Shown: positions 36,441 to 49,429, numbered from the stretch's first letter. The stretch: DNA of 64,000 nt from Camelus ferus (GCF_009834535.1 NC_045697.1:20710001-20774000), one strand, 5' to 3'. Numbers and translations: made by a program. The notes: a model not told the origin generated them from the letters alone.

Positions 36441-37022
36441 TAAGTCAGAGTATTCTGCTGCTTCATTATTTTTATAGAAGCCAACAAAGATCAGAATAAT
36501 TCATTAGATTACAAGTAATCACACATTCTAAAACCAGGTGCTTGAATGACTATGAGGAATAGACTAAAGACTGTGAAACTGCTTTTACTTACAATATCCC
36601 TTACCTCAGCCTAGGCTACTTAAGCAAAGCTGAAAAATTCACTGGAAGGTTGAAGGAACTGATAGCTAAAATTTCCTTAGAGATATCAAAGTGCATTGTG
36701 ATCCCCTTGCAGAGTTTGAGGAAGCAAGTATTGGTATTTGGAACTAGCCTGAGACAAAAGAGCAAAGGGAGACAAAATTCCATTAGCAAAATCTGTATTT
36801 ACAGGTTCTGCCAGGTTCAGCAACAGGTCTGACAGAACTTACTGTGGATTACTTTGGGGGAATAAAAACAAGAAGTCCTGTCCAAGACAGATCCATGATG
36901 CTTTGTGATCTTACTGGAAAGTGGCTTGAGGTGGAACATTCAATATGGAGCTGATAGGTTGTAAGTTACCAGCTGGAGTGGTATTTCCAGCAAAAGGAGT
37001 GGTAGGCAAGAGATTCCCAACA

Positions 37023-37030
37023 GTGTGTAA

Positions 37031-37064
<34 letters not shown>
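37023..37064. repeat. (TG)n microsatellite
   Basis: Directly visible. Confidence 0.95.
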
Positions 37065-37065
<1 letters not shown>

Positions 37066-38337
37066 GAATAATACAAGCTCCCTCTGAAAGAAAGGATTAA
37101 TAAATATTTGGTATCAGCCACACCCAGATTACAACTGTAAGCAGTTCATTAAAAATATTTGTGTCCCTTTTCTTTCCCGTCTGTTCAACCCTTGCTCAGG
37201 AGTTGCATTTAAACAGCAGCTGAGTGAGAGAAAAAGGAGATGAACTGAGAAATAGAGAAGGGAAGGAGACAACTTCACTTTCTTCCTCACCATAAGTTTC
37301 TCGGGCTGAGATTGACTCAAGCTACACAAGGGATAAATATACACATGAGATTGTGACGTTATTATATTTCTGGGCTGAAATTAGTACCTGGCAAAGAGGA
37401 GAGTCACTTATTATCTGGGGGTGATCACAAAGTTACGAGGCAGGCCAGGGATTGGAGGAGTAGGAGTGGAGCCGAGTGGGATCGGAGGAAGGAAAAAGAC
37501 AATCAGTAAGGAAAATAAAGCAGCCATTTGAAAGGGCAAAGAATTACTCCCTGTTTGACCCCTACACAGCACAGCTCATTCAGTTATATGCATCATCATG
37601 ATTACCATGTGCCATTCGCTGGGCTAAGTGCTTTATATACATTCTCTTTTTTAAAATTCATTTCAATTTAAACTTAACTGGCAAACATTGTCTTACTTGG
37701 TAATTAAAACACCATTATGGAAGAAAAGCAGCTAGAATGCCGTAAGCACAGTCTTTGTTGGCAAATGGTGGGCATAAAAAGGCTCTGGCTGGGCGTTCAG
37801 ACTTGAGGAAGGCGGGGAAACATGGGGCTTCAGCAGGAGGATGTCCATCGAAGCTCAGCTAGTTTCAAAAAAGTGACTAGCAGAATTGTTCTTGAGGACT
37901 AGTAGCCATTGTTTACTTATCAAGAGTGGTGAAGAGAAGTCGTATGCAAGAAAGTTTAGTAAGAAACTGATGCAGGACACAAAATCTTGGGAAGGTGAAG
38001 TCTTCAGAGGAAAATTCTCCAGCACCCTCAGTGTCACTCATGTGGCTTTCATATCAGCAAAACTTTAGCATTTACTGTCCCATCATGAAAAAAAAAATGC
38101 TTTGGAGGACTGGTTTTAACTTTTAGATACATTGGCAGTAGAGAAAGAGAATTATTTTAAAGACAAATATCTTTTTTCATAGCATCTTTTTCAAGCCAAG
38201 TTAATTTTATTTGGAAAATTAACATTCCAAAGATTCAAAAAATTCTTCCAGTCTTGGGGGAAAATGTTTTGAAAGGTTAAGGGTGCTGATTTTGTGTTGT
38301 TTATCCCAAAACCAGGCTCAGAAATTCTTTTACCTAT

Positions 38338-39131
38338 TGTAGGAGCCCATGATTGGGATAACAAATTGTAACAGACCCCAGCCGCTTGTCTCCTTAAAGA
38401 AGAGCAAATGTGCTTAGTAACTGCCTTGTTTGCATAGTTGAGGTTTTAGATAGCACTCTGCTGGTTGCAAAGCAACGACCCAGGCCCTCGGCTATAAACG
38501 CTGGGCGTGCCTACTGTTAGACAGTCTTCTATCCCCAAAGCAAGGAACTGGCTGGGCTGGTGGTCTGCTTTAGCATATCTATAAGAATGTATCTTGCTCC
38601 CCTCTTCCCATGACTTCCCTAAAGGTAAACTGTAGGCCCCCAAAGGAACGAGTCTTGGGCCGGAATGGTAAACAAGTTATAAGAAGCTGCAGACTCAGAG
38701 GTGAGAAGGCTGGTTAGCCAATGATAGGTAAGACCCCCAGAGGGGAGCAACCTAAGACAGGCACAGCCGCCTGAGTCCAAGAAAGAGGTTAAGCAGCTTC
38801 TTCTCAGACGTTCCGCCCTGATAAGCTGTAAGGCTCCCTGATGCCAACACGAACGTGACTTACCAAAAGATAAAGGGTCTTCTGACCTTGAGCCAGACTC
38901 TACAATCTAGATCCCACTCTGTCTTTCCCTAAATTCCTGCATTCCATCACACAATTGTCAATGATTTCTCCTTTGATTGTACACAATAAATGTGGGGGCG
39001 TTTGAGAGGTTCGTGGAGTTGGCTCCCAACTCCCTCTCGCTCTCTTGACTTTTCCACAGAGTCTTGAGTAATTCATTCCATCTCGGTGGGACTTCTGCCG
39101 GCCAGAACACACAACTGGTGATGAACCCACA
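38338..39131 (+). mobile_element. Young solo LTR, probably ERV2/betaretrovirus-like
   Basis: tgtagg...cccaca termini, perfect 6-bp TSD acctat (38332-38337 / 39132-39137), CCAAT ~38718, AATAAA ~38985, many retained CpGs. Confidence 0.88.
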
Positions 39132-39185
39132 ACCTATGAGTTATGATTTGGAGAACATGTTAGAAGTGTTAAAGACACATCTCTG

Positions 39186-39684
39186 TGAAGGGGTTCAGAA
39201 GGATCCTACCCAAAATGTGCTGCTTTGGCATGTGGATTATTTTGGGCTGAAGATGATCAAAGACAAAAATACTCAGGAAGAACTTTCTAACCCAACCCCT
39301 ACCCCGCAACTCCTTAAGTACCTGAAATAATTTAGATGGGGGCCTGATTCAGAGAGAGAGAGCTATTACCAGAGATAACCTTTATCTGAATTACCTATCT
39401 GTATAGAAGGGCAAATATCTAATTATCAAACATCTGCTTTTCTTATCAGACTGTGTATTACCCTCCTCCCCTCTGAAGCCCCAGGCACTATCCCATTCCT
39501 TAGCTCAGGATAGTTTATAAGCCTCAACTGCCTTACTTGCCTTTGAGTCTCATATCCCTAAGATATGAGACCCTGTATATAAAATATTAAATTTGTTTTT
39601 CTCCTGTTCATCTGTCTTGTATCAATTTAACTATTAGATCACCCAAAGAACCTAAAAGGGTAGAGATAATGTCTTTCCACCATA
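39186..39684 (+). mobile_element. MER34-like ERV1 solo LTR
   Basis: Starts tgaaggggttcagaa..cccaaaatgtgctgctttggcatgtggattattttgggctgaag; 3' attaaatttgtttttctcctgttcatctgtctt. Confidence 0.85.
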
Positions 39685-40150
39685 AGATTTGTCACTATGA
39701 TCTCTAGTTTTTCAACCACATTCCTTAAACCACCCTTAAAAAAAAAAAAAAAAAAGCACATTTTGAGAGCAATTTTCACAAACTGGCCAAAACCAAGACA
39801 TACCACTTTAAGCAAATATAAAGGGGGGAAAAAAAAGAAAGAAAAGAAAAAGTAACAAGTATGCAAGACTCCTCTACCTATTTAAAAACATTTAAAATAT
39901 GAGTTTTCCCAGAATGTAGATAAGAACAAGGTGGGAGTTTTCTAGCTATTTACAGATAGGAAAATTTATATCTACACAATAAGGACAAGTATTCTGAAAA
40001 TGTTTTCTACTTTTATGCTTCATGTAAAAAATATATGTTTCAAAACATTGGTAGATACTTTATCGTTCTCTAACGATGCATGTAGTCTGACCATATCTTA
40101 TACTTGATCTTAGAAAAAGGATGGTACTTATAGGGTGACGGCTCAAAGAA

Positions 40151-41121
40151 CCAGATCTTATCAAATATAAAAGATTGATTTTGTGATCCATCGATATTTT
40201 AGGTAATGTCAAGAAAAGAAAAAAATGCTGACAATTAGAATACAATGTTTTGTCGACTGAAAACAAAAATGTATAACCTAAAAGCTGAGAGTTCCATTTC
40301 TGAGGACTTAAGTTCAAGATGTTACGTCTCAAATGGCTCTTAGAGACTTGCTCTAAAGAGGTAGCGGGGGATCCAGGATATAGAGGAGTTTTTTCAACAA
40401 AGACAAAGTAGTCAGAACATTAAAATTAAATTAAAGAAGGCCAGATATCACAAGTCAAGGAATTTAGTGCTTTTCTATGTATAGGAACATGTAAAAGTCC
40501 AGGGTTACTGAAATCATCCTTTTAATAGGCACCTACCTATCTAGAGCCAGTATCCGGTTGTTTCTCAATCGTAGTTCTCTCTGGCTCACCCTACGGGGTG
40601 GCAGTAGTGGCTAACGACTTGACCACGGCATCCTTTGTTTACTGACATGGCAAGCAGTATTTTTCATTCACAGTTTTCTTATCATTTAGAATTTTTTTCT
40701 GTTTTTTAGACTCATTTTGATACGTTTTTATCATATATCATACTCGAGCACATGTAAAATGAAAATACAAGTAAAATAAATAATGGTTAAAGCATTCCAG
40801 AAATATCTGTTCATTCAGCATTTGATATTTCTGAATCACACTGTCTCACAGTGGTCAATGCCAGTTTTTCCACATAGCATCATTCTCTGTGCCATCAAAG
40901 CATCTGCAACGTAACACTTTCTAAAAGAGTGTCCCACCATTTTCTTTAGGATGTTCTTTCAAACTGATAAACCCTGTACTGCAAGTTTGGATTCGCAAGC
41001 GCCTGCTTTGTCAGTGAAAATGGCATCAAACTGCTGCCTGGATGGTTGTGATTGTAAACTGTCCTGGATTTTGTAGCTGTTTAATGTGAAAAATGTGCAC
41101 CTTGGAACTCATAAAATATTG
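40151..41121 (-). mobile_element. Kanga-type (TcMar-Tc2, pogo-like) DNA transposon remnant interrupted by an LTR
   Basis: Minus strand 41000-40864 gives SKLAVQGLSV*KNILKKMVGHSFRKCYVADA/DGTENDAMWKN (one frameshift), like a pogo/Tc2 transposase C-terminus; TIR-like end gtgcaccttggaactcataaaatattg followed by ta. Confidence 0.75.
40251..40672 (-). mobile_element. MER41-like ERV1 solo LTR
   Basis: TG...CA termini, 4-bp TSD gttt (40247-40250 / 40673-40676); minus-strand start tgtgaatgaaaaatactgcttgccatgtcagtaaacaaagg. Confidence 0.85.
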
Positions 41122-42253
41122 TAGGAGTGCTTAATAGTGTCTTTCAAATGCTCTCTTAGAAAAAAGGAACACCTTACATTTCCTCAGGACTTGATTTAGG
41201 ATGTAAAATGCTGGGAACAAAGTAGCATTTGCATTTGAAAGATTTTCATTTAATTCCTCAGTTGTAATGCAGGGAAAAAGTATCGAAATCTTATTCATTC
41301 TGTGCTTTCTTACACTGCGGTTCTTTATTTTTTACATTATTATTCTTTTCTTTTTGTCTTTCCTTTGTCTCTTTTGTTTCCTCTAGTCTTCTTTTTCTTA
41401 CCTTTGACTATCCAAAGAAAATGAGAGACTTTAAGAATGGCATTTACCTCTGAGAGCATAAAAAATAGTTCCTAATATAAACTAATTAAAATAATTACTA
41501 AACATGAAAAGCCACCTTTACTGTTAACTTTTAAGTTAACCAAGCTTTTTTTCTTCCTCAGCTGCTAAAAAGGATTCAAAATTTATTTGCTCTGCCTGCT
41601 CCCCTAGCGGTCTCTTAAGAAGTTCAACCTTCCTTGTTAATTCCTTGGAGCTGACAAATTCTGAATTCTTCAATTGTCAGTGATCAGTTGGGAAAGGACA
41701 CATAAGAATAATAAGTACTTGAACTAGGCAGATTTTAAAAAGACAGAAAGCCTGAAAAAGTTACACCGCTTATGACATACTGCATATTTAAGAAGTACCA
41801 GTGTGTTCTGTGTATTTCCTCTCTGCTTATTTAGAAACTGTCTGTAAGAAACTTGAGCCATTGCAGAAGTAATCTGCATTATTTTTTATGTTGTTTTGAT
41901 GAATACACCGTAATGAGAAGTTGGCCATGTGGGTCACAAGTTTGTCAGTGGTACAGAGTCCCAGCTGCAAATGCATCTAGAGAGCATCTCATGAGGGAAA
42001 CAGGCAGTGCTCCTCTTAATAGAATCGTGGGGAGTATGGCAAACTGGAAAGGACACGTTCCAGTGAAAACTATTCAAATTCGAACATTTGCTTAAGGCTT
42101 TGGACATACAAAACTGCAGCCTCAACAAAATAAATTGTAGCCTCAATTCAATTGAAGGTACACCGTGTGAAACTTAGACATTACACAAATTATTTTTTAA
42201 AAGTAACTTTTTGATTACACTTGCTGTAGTGTTGCCAGATGTGTTCCAGGTCT

Positions 42254-42376
42254 TTGCTCAAAACCCTCCAACCCCCACCTTTCGCTGGAGTGCCCTTGCT
42301 CACAACTCTCCCACCACCATTAGCAGGAGTATTCCTGCTCAAAAGCTGCCAGCCCCACCCCCACCACCATTTAGCA
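42254..42376. repeat. Three-unit imperfect tandem repeat (39-42 bp)
   Basis: Units start ttgctca (42254), ttgctca (42296), ctgctca (42335), each with a cca/ccc-rich core. Confidence 0.75.
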
Positions 42377-42385
42377 TTTACTTTT

Positions 42386-42695
42386 AAGTTAAAGAGTTCA
42401 GAGATAAGAAAGGAAGCTACAAACAAATGAACAAACAAAAACAGATGGAACCAGCTGGGATCAAGATGATGACAAATCTGAACTTCAACAGACTCTGAGT
42501 CTCATTACAGGCTGACTTTACTACATTCACATATTAAACACATCTACCAGCTGCCATGACCTGACATTAAGAACCAAAAAACGGATAAAAAGAGAATGGT
42601 ACCCCACTACCTGGAAAAAGCCCTCTCCTTTCATGGTAGACAATGCATTTGCCTCCTCATTATTAGCCTCATACCTCCTCCTTTTGTCTTCACCA
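42386..42695 (+). mobile_element. ERV1-like LTR, 5' half (split by L1)
   Basis: LTR-like U3 (gatcaagatgatgac, gccatgac) ending at the L1 poly(T); appears to continue at 47481. Confidence 0.55.
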
Positions 42696-45600
42696 TTTTT
42701 TTTTTTTAGTTTTTAAATTTATCTTTTTATTGAAGTATAGTTGATTTACAATGTTGTGTTAGTTTCTGGTGTACAACATAGTGATTTACTTATACGCATA
42801 TATTTATATTCTTTTTCCTGTTCTTTTTCATTATAGGTTATTACAAGATATTGAATATAGTTCCCTGTGCTATACAGTATAACTTGGTTGTGTATCTCTT
42901 TTATATACAGTACTTAGTACCTGCTAATCCCAAATTTCTAATATACCCTTCCCCCTTCTTTCCCCTTTGATAACTATAAGTTTGTTTTCTAAATCTGTGC
43001 ATCACTTTTTAGATTCTACATAAAAGTGGTATCATATGATATTTGTCTTTCTTTGTCTAACTTACTTCACTTAGTATGATAATCTCTATGTCTATCCATG
43101 TTGCTGCAGATGGCATTATTTAATTCTTTTTTATGGCTAGGTAGTATTCCACTGAGTGTGTATGTGTGTGTGTGCATGTGTATGTGTATATATATATATG
43201 AATATGTGGTCTATATATATAGCTCAAATTGTCTTTCTCCAATCATTTGTCAATAGATACTTTGCCTCCATATCTTGGATATTATAAATAGTGCTTCTAT
43301 GAAGATTGGGATGCATGTATCTTCAAATTAGGGTTTACTCCAGATATACGCCCAGAAGTGGGATTGCTGAATCATATGGTAACTCTATTTTTAGTTTTTT
43401 AAAGAATTCCCATACTGTTTTCCATAGAGGCTGCCCCAGAATACATTCCCACCAACAGTGTAGGAAGATTCTCTTCTCTAGCATTCATTGTTTATAGACT
43501 TTTTAAAGGTAACCTTTATGATCCATGTGTGGTGATAATTCATTGAAGTTTTCTTCTCATTTCTCTGATAATTAGCAATATTGAGCACCTCTTCATGTGC
43601 CTATTGGCTATCTATATGTCTTCTTTGAAAAAAATGTCTGTTTAGGTCTTCTGCCCATTTTTTGATTGAGTTATTTGTTTTTTGTTATTGAGTTGTATGA
43701 GCTGTTTGTATATTCTGGAAATCAAGCCCTCGTCAGTACATTCTTTTCAAATATTTTCTCCCAATCCATAGCTTGTCTTTTAATTTTGTTAATGGTTTCC
43801 TTTGTTGTGTAAAAGCTTATAAGTTGGGTTAGGTCCCATTTGTTTATTTTTGCTTTTATTTCTATTGCCTTGGGAGACTGACCTAGGAGACCATTGCTAA
43901 AATTTCTGTCAGAGAATGTTTTGCCTATGATCTTTTATAGGAGATTCATTGTGTTCTGTCTTACGTTTAAATCTTTAAGCCATTTTGAGTTTGTGTGTGT
44001 GTGTGTGTGTGGCGTGATGGAGTGTTCTAACTTCATTGATTTACATGAGGTTGTCCAGCTTTCCTAACCACTTTCCAAAGAAACTATCTTTTCTCTATTG
44101 TATATTCTTTCTTCCATTGTCAAAGATTAATTAATCATAGGTGTATGGGTTTATTTCTGGGCTCTCTATTTTGTTCCATTGATCCATGTCTGTTTTTGTA
44201 CCAATACCATGCTGTTTTGATTACTCTAGCTCTGTAATATTGTCTGAAGTTTGGGAAGGTTATTCCTCCAGCTTCAATCTCTTTCTTCAGTATTACTTTA
44301 GCAATTCTGGGTCTTATGTGATTCCGTATAAATTTTAGGAATATTTGTTCTAGTTCTGTGAAAACTGTCCCTGGTAATTTGATAGGGATCGCAATAAATC
44401 TGTAGATTGCCTTGGGCAGTGTGACCATTTTAACAATATTGATTCTTCCAATCCAAAAGCATGGGATATCTTTCCATTTTGTTAAAGCATCTTTAATTTA
44501 TTTTATCAGTGTTTTAGAATTCTCAGCATGTAAGTCCTTTATCTCCTTGGTCAGGTTTATTCCTAAATATTGTTTTGATCTAATTTTTAAAAAGGATTTT
44601 CTTTTAACTTTCCTTTTCTGATATTTCATTGTTCATGTAAAGAAAAGCAACAGATTTCTGTATGTTAATCTTGTATCCTGCTACCTTGCTGAATTTTTTT
44701 TTAATCAACTTAGTAGTTTTTGTGTGGCATCTTTAGGGTTTCCTATATATAGTGTCGTGTCATCCACATATAGTGACAATTTTACCTCTTCCCTTCCAAT
44801 TTGGATCCCTCTTGTTTCTTTTTCTTGTTCTTATTGCTGTGGCTAAGACTTCTGATGCTATGTTAAATAGAAGTCATGAGTGTAGGCATACTTGTCTTGT
44901 TCCAGATTTTAATAGGAAGTCTTTCAACTTTTCAACATTGAGTATTATACTGCCTGTTGGTTTGTTATGAATAGCTTTTACTATGTTGAGATATATTCCC
45001 AAAGAATTTTTATCATGAATGGATGTTGAATTTTATCAACAGATTTTCCTGCATCTATTGAGAAAATCATGTGATTTTTGTTGATGTGGTGCATTTCATT
45101 AATTAACTTATGTGTGTGAAATCAGCTTTGTCACTGGGATGAATTCAACTAGATTGTAATGTGTGAACTTTTAAATGTGTTTTTGGATTAGGTTTGCTAA
45201 TATTTCACTGAGAATTTTTGCATCTATATTCAATGATATTAGCCTGCAATTTTCTTTTATGGTAGTGTCTTTGTCAGGTTCTGGTATAAGAGTGATGGTG
45301 ACTTCCTAGGATGAGTTTGGGAGTGTTTCCTCCTCTTCAATCTTTTGGAAGAGTTTGAGAAGGATCAATATAAGTGCTTCTTAGTGTTTTTGGTAGAATT
45401 CCCCTGTGAAGCCATTTGATCCTGGACTTTTATTTGCAGGGATTTTTGCAGGGAGTTTTTTGTTTGTTTGTTTGTTTGCTTTAATTACAGATTCTATTTC
45501 ACTTCTAGTGATCAGTCTGTCCAAATTATCTATTTCTTCTTGATTCAGCTTTGGTGGAGTGTATGTTTCTAGAAACTTGTCCATTTATTCTAGGTTATCC

Positions 45601-47480
45601 AGTTTGTTGGCATATAATTGTTCATAGTATTCTCATGATTTTTTTGTATATCTGTGGTATTGGTTGTAATTTATGCCCTTTCATTTCTTATTTTGTTTAT
45701 GTGGGTCTTCTCTCTTTTCTTCTTGGTGAGCTTGGTCAGAAGTTTGTTAATTTTGTTTACTCTTTCAAAAAATCAGTACTTGGTCTTATTGATTTTTTCC
45801 TCTTATTTTTTAAATCACCATTTTATTTATTCTTCTCTCTGATTTTTATTATTTCTTTCCTTCTGCTGACTTTAGATTTTGTTTGCTCTTTTTTTTCCTA
45901 ATTCTTTTAGATGGCCAGTTAGATTGTTTAAGATTGTTCTTGTTTTTTGAGGAAGGCTGGTATTCCTGTGGATTTCCATCTTAGAACTGCTTTTGCTGAA
46001 TCCCATTGATTTTGTGTAGTTGTTCTTCCACTGCCATTTGTCTCAAGGTATTTGTAAATTCCTTCTTTGTTTTCATTGTTAACACATTGATTTTTTTAGT
46101 AGTATGTTGTTTAGTAACCATTCAATCTTTTTGTTTGTTTATTTGTTTGTGTTTCTTTCCTTCTGTGGTTGATTTTGTTTCATTTCTTTGTGGTCAGAAA
46201 AGATGCTTGAAAAAATTTCCAATCACTTAAATTTTTTGAGGCTTCTTTTGTGTCTGAGTAAGTGGTCTATCCTACAGAATGTTTTATGTGCACTTGAAAA
46301 GAATGTATATTCTGTTTTTGGGTGTAAGGTCTTGAAAATATCAATTATGTTTAACTGTTCTATTGAGTCACTTAGTATTTCTGTTGCCTTATTGATATTC
46401 TCCCTGGAAGATCTGTTCATTGATGTTAGTTGGATGTTAAATTCTCCTACTCTTACTGTATTTCCATTGTTTCCCCCTGTTTGTATGTTAATATTTGTTT
46501 TCTGTATTTAGGTGCTCCAATATTAGATGCATATATGTTACCTGTACCTGGGTATCAATTGCCTTCTTTAGTTTTGAGAAGTTTTCAGTCATAATTTCTT
46601 CAAATACATTTTTGAACCCCTTTTATCTTTCTTCTCCTTCTGGGATCCCTATTATGTGTAGATTAGCACATTTCATATTATCCCATAGATCTTTTATATT
46701 GCTTTCATTTTTAAAAAAAAAAATGTCTTTCTGGTGTTTTGATTGGGTGATTTCCATTATCCTATCTTCCAGATCATTTATTTGTTTTCTGCATTATTCA
46801 GCTTTCTATTTATTGTCTTTAGTTAGGCTTCCTCAGCAAATGAGCTTTCTAATTTTAATTGGCTCCTCTTTATACTTTCTAGTTCCTGGTTACAGTGATC
46901 TGTATCAACAATGGGACTTTATATGGCAGACTCAGGCTCCACTGCACACACTCTCAGTGGTAGCCCATATCACACTGTAGCCCCTTCAGGCTGTCCCCGC
47001 ACAGCCAACTCCAGTTCTCTCCCCAGGTCTGTCATCTGAAACTGAGTTTTAGCACCCAGCCCCTGAGTGCACCAAACAGATGTGCAGCTTGGCCTGGGGA
47101 TTGCAGCAGAGTGGTAAGGACCCTTTGTGCTGGTCTCTCTCTGTTCTACCTGCTGCATATTAGCCACTATGATCTCTGAGTCTCTGAAGCTCCCTTCCTG
47201 TCCTGGCTGATCGCCTAGCTAGTGAAGGGGCTTCCCAGAGTGAGGGAAGCTTTCCTCTTTCATAGCTCCCTCCCAGGGCTGCAGGTCCTGTCCCTTTTTT
47301 TTTTTTTTTTTTTGTCCTACCCAGGTACATGGTGTTTTTCCTTATAGTTTTGACTATATAGATCTTCTGCCAGAGTTCAGTTGGTATCCTGGGAGAATCG
47401 TTCCACACATGGATGTATTTCTGATGTATTTGTTGGAGGAGGTGAGCTCCACATCCTTCTATTACGCTATCTTTATCTCC
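42696..47480 (-). mobile_element. Near end-to-end L1 with an internal deletion
   Basis: Poly(T) at 42696, 3'UTR, ORF2 pieces ([51 protein letters not shown]), partial ORF1, 5'UTR to ~47480; ORF1 C-terminus and ORF2 start missing at ~46540. Confidence 0.95.
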
Positions 47481-47716
47481 CTCTTTATTCTTTAAAATTA
47501 AATGACTTTCCTCAAGTGGGCAAGAAATTGATCTATGATCTTAGTTCCCAGTTTTCCATTCTTTGGCATCTGAATAAATCCCGGGTTGTGTTGATCTCAG
47601 CTTTGGTTTCATTATTCACCTACTTGAACCTGAATGGAAAGGGAACACTCCCCCACTGAGGCAGAGAGCCTTAGCTAGGCTAGGGCCCACGGTCCATACA
47701 ACTCAATTTGGTAACA
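47481..47716 (+). mobile_element. ERV1-like LTR, 3' half
   Basis: tgaataaa poly(A) signal at ~47572 and terminal ttggtaaca. Confidence 0.6.
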
Positions 47717-47786
47717 ACATGACCTGAATTAACAAAAACAGAGAGTTGGGATTTGAAGCTGTCTTTAAGACCTAAAATAAAGCTTG

Positions 47787-48270
47787 ATATTATGTGCTAC
47801 TTTGGCATTTGGTAAAACAAAGAGGACCATGAATGGTCTAGCCAAAGTTCCCCTCCCCACTCTGCTCCTGAGGATAAGGTCCCTAGACAAACCACCTTTC
47901 TTACCAAGGAGACAATGTATGGTTCTGACTTATTCCTGAGGACCAGGTTTCAGTTGCCAACCAGGTTGTGGGAACTGTTCCATAAATTTAATCACGCTCT
48001 GCGTGGGAACCAGAGTTCAATTCATCCTCTTGATACAATGAAGTCTACCTTCCACAGCCCCAGTTGTTCACTGTTTCTGGGTGCAACCCTCAGGGGGCCC
48101 TTTGTGGCATGCGATGTCTTTCTTCCCTAAGCTGTTATTATATGTGACAAATAAGCTGCTGTCTACCTCATCTGTTCAGTGTCAGGTGTCCTGCATTTGA
48201 TTATCTCCATAACTCTGGGGAGGGAGGAGCCTTCCCTCATCAGTGGGGTGAAGAGGAGCCATTAAAGCAG
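47787..48270 (+). mobile_element. MER74/MER73-like ERVL LTR
   Basis: gttcccctccccactctgctcctgaggataagg and end ggggtgaagaggagccattaaagca. Confidence 0.75.
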
Positions 48271-49429
48271 AGGTAGTAGCCTCATGCAGAATAAACATTC
48301 AAAAACTCTGTGTTGAATTAATATATGTGATTAAGAACAAGTGTAAGAGTTAATATACAAAATTTCATATGTGGCCAGTTGCTACTGTTTGCAAAGAATT
48401 TAGATGCTTTCAAACACTGAAGATTAAATAACCAAACTTTGCAAAACCAGTAAATCTCTATCCCATAAAAGAGAAGATGTTTTATAAAATTTAGAGTGTC
48501 AAAATAAGTACCAAGTACTGAATTATTTCTGAAGGGCTGTTTTGCAAGCTTTCTTTCCTTGGAGCTTCTGGGAAGTTTGGTCTTTAACCTCAATAGCCTG
48601 AAACTGCCTCAGGGCAGAAATGCCTTTACTGTTTCCTGCTTTTATTATCCTGCCTCTAGGCTGTGTTAAGAGTAAAAGATAGCCTCTTGGTTTGCTATAA
48701 CTTATAGAAAGTTTACCTGTCTGGTCATGTAAAGAAAATCATTGGGGATTTGTTTATGTGTTGCTTCACAAGTTTACTTATTATGTTTAAAAAAAAAGTC
48801 AGATAAACCACCATGTGTATATCACAGAGTTCTGTGCGTATTCAAGGGCAAGGTGCTTTGTTGCTTAATCTTTGCATTTGGGAAGCTTTTTTTGTTTAAT
48901 ATAAAATAGCTACACAATTAATATCTGCTAACTGAATATATATGCTGTAATTGCTTAAGAAAATACTGTGTTAGAGGGCTAGAAAATGTGTCAGTTTAGT
49001 AAATTGTGACATTATTATTATGTACTTTTACCTATATTTCTAAATTATCTCCTTTGATAATAATTCCTCACATCATTTTTCATTTTGTCATTTCATTTTT
49101 TTTCTTTTCTTCTTTATTGGTGTTTATTAGAACATGCACAATCATGAATGCTAAAGTTAGGGATTTTACTTTTGTTGGTTCATAACCTATTGCCACAGAT
49201 AACAATTGGGAATGTACTTAAATGGTCTTCTCACAATTCATGACCATGTATCAACACATACTATTACTTTGTGTCTTTGTCACCAATAGCTTCTTTCTTT
49301 TTTTACCCCCAGGCTTCTGTCTTGGAATAGACCATAGAAAGATGAAACATAATTATCCAATACACATAAAAATTTATGGCATTAGATTAGCTAGTAAAAA
49401 GTGTATTAATTAAATTCAAATATAACAAT

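Noticed and set aside
42254..42376. CRISPR-like array
   Set aside because: Mammalian context, only three degenerate units, no unique spacers and no cas genes
45551..46980. Hydrophobic, membrane-protein-looking plus-strand ORFs (116, 107, 161 aa)
   Set aside because: They are antisense readings of A-rich L1 sequence, which give F/L/I-rich peptides
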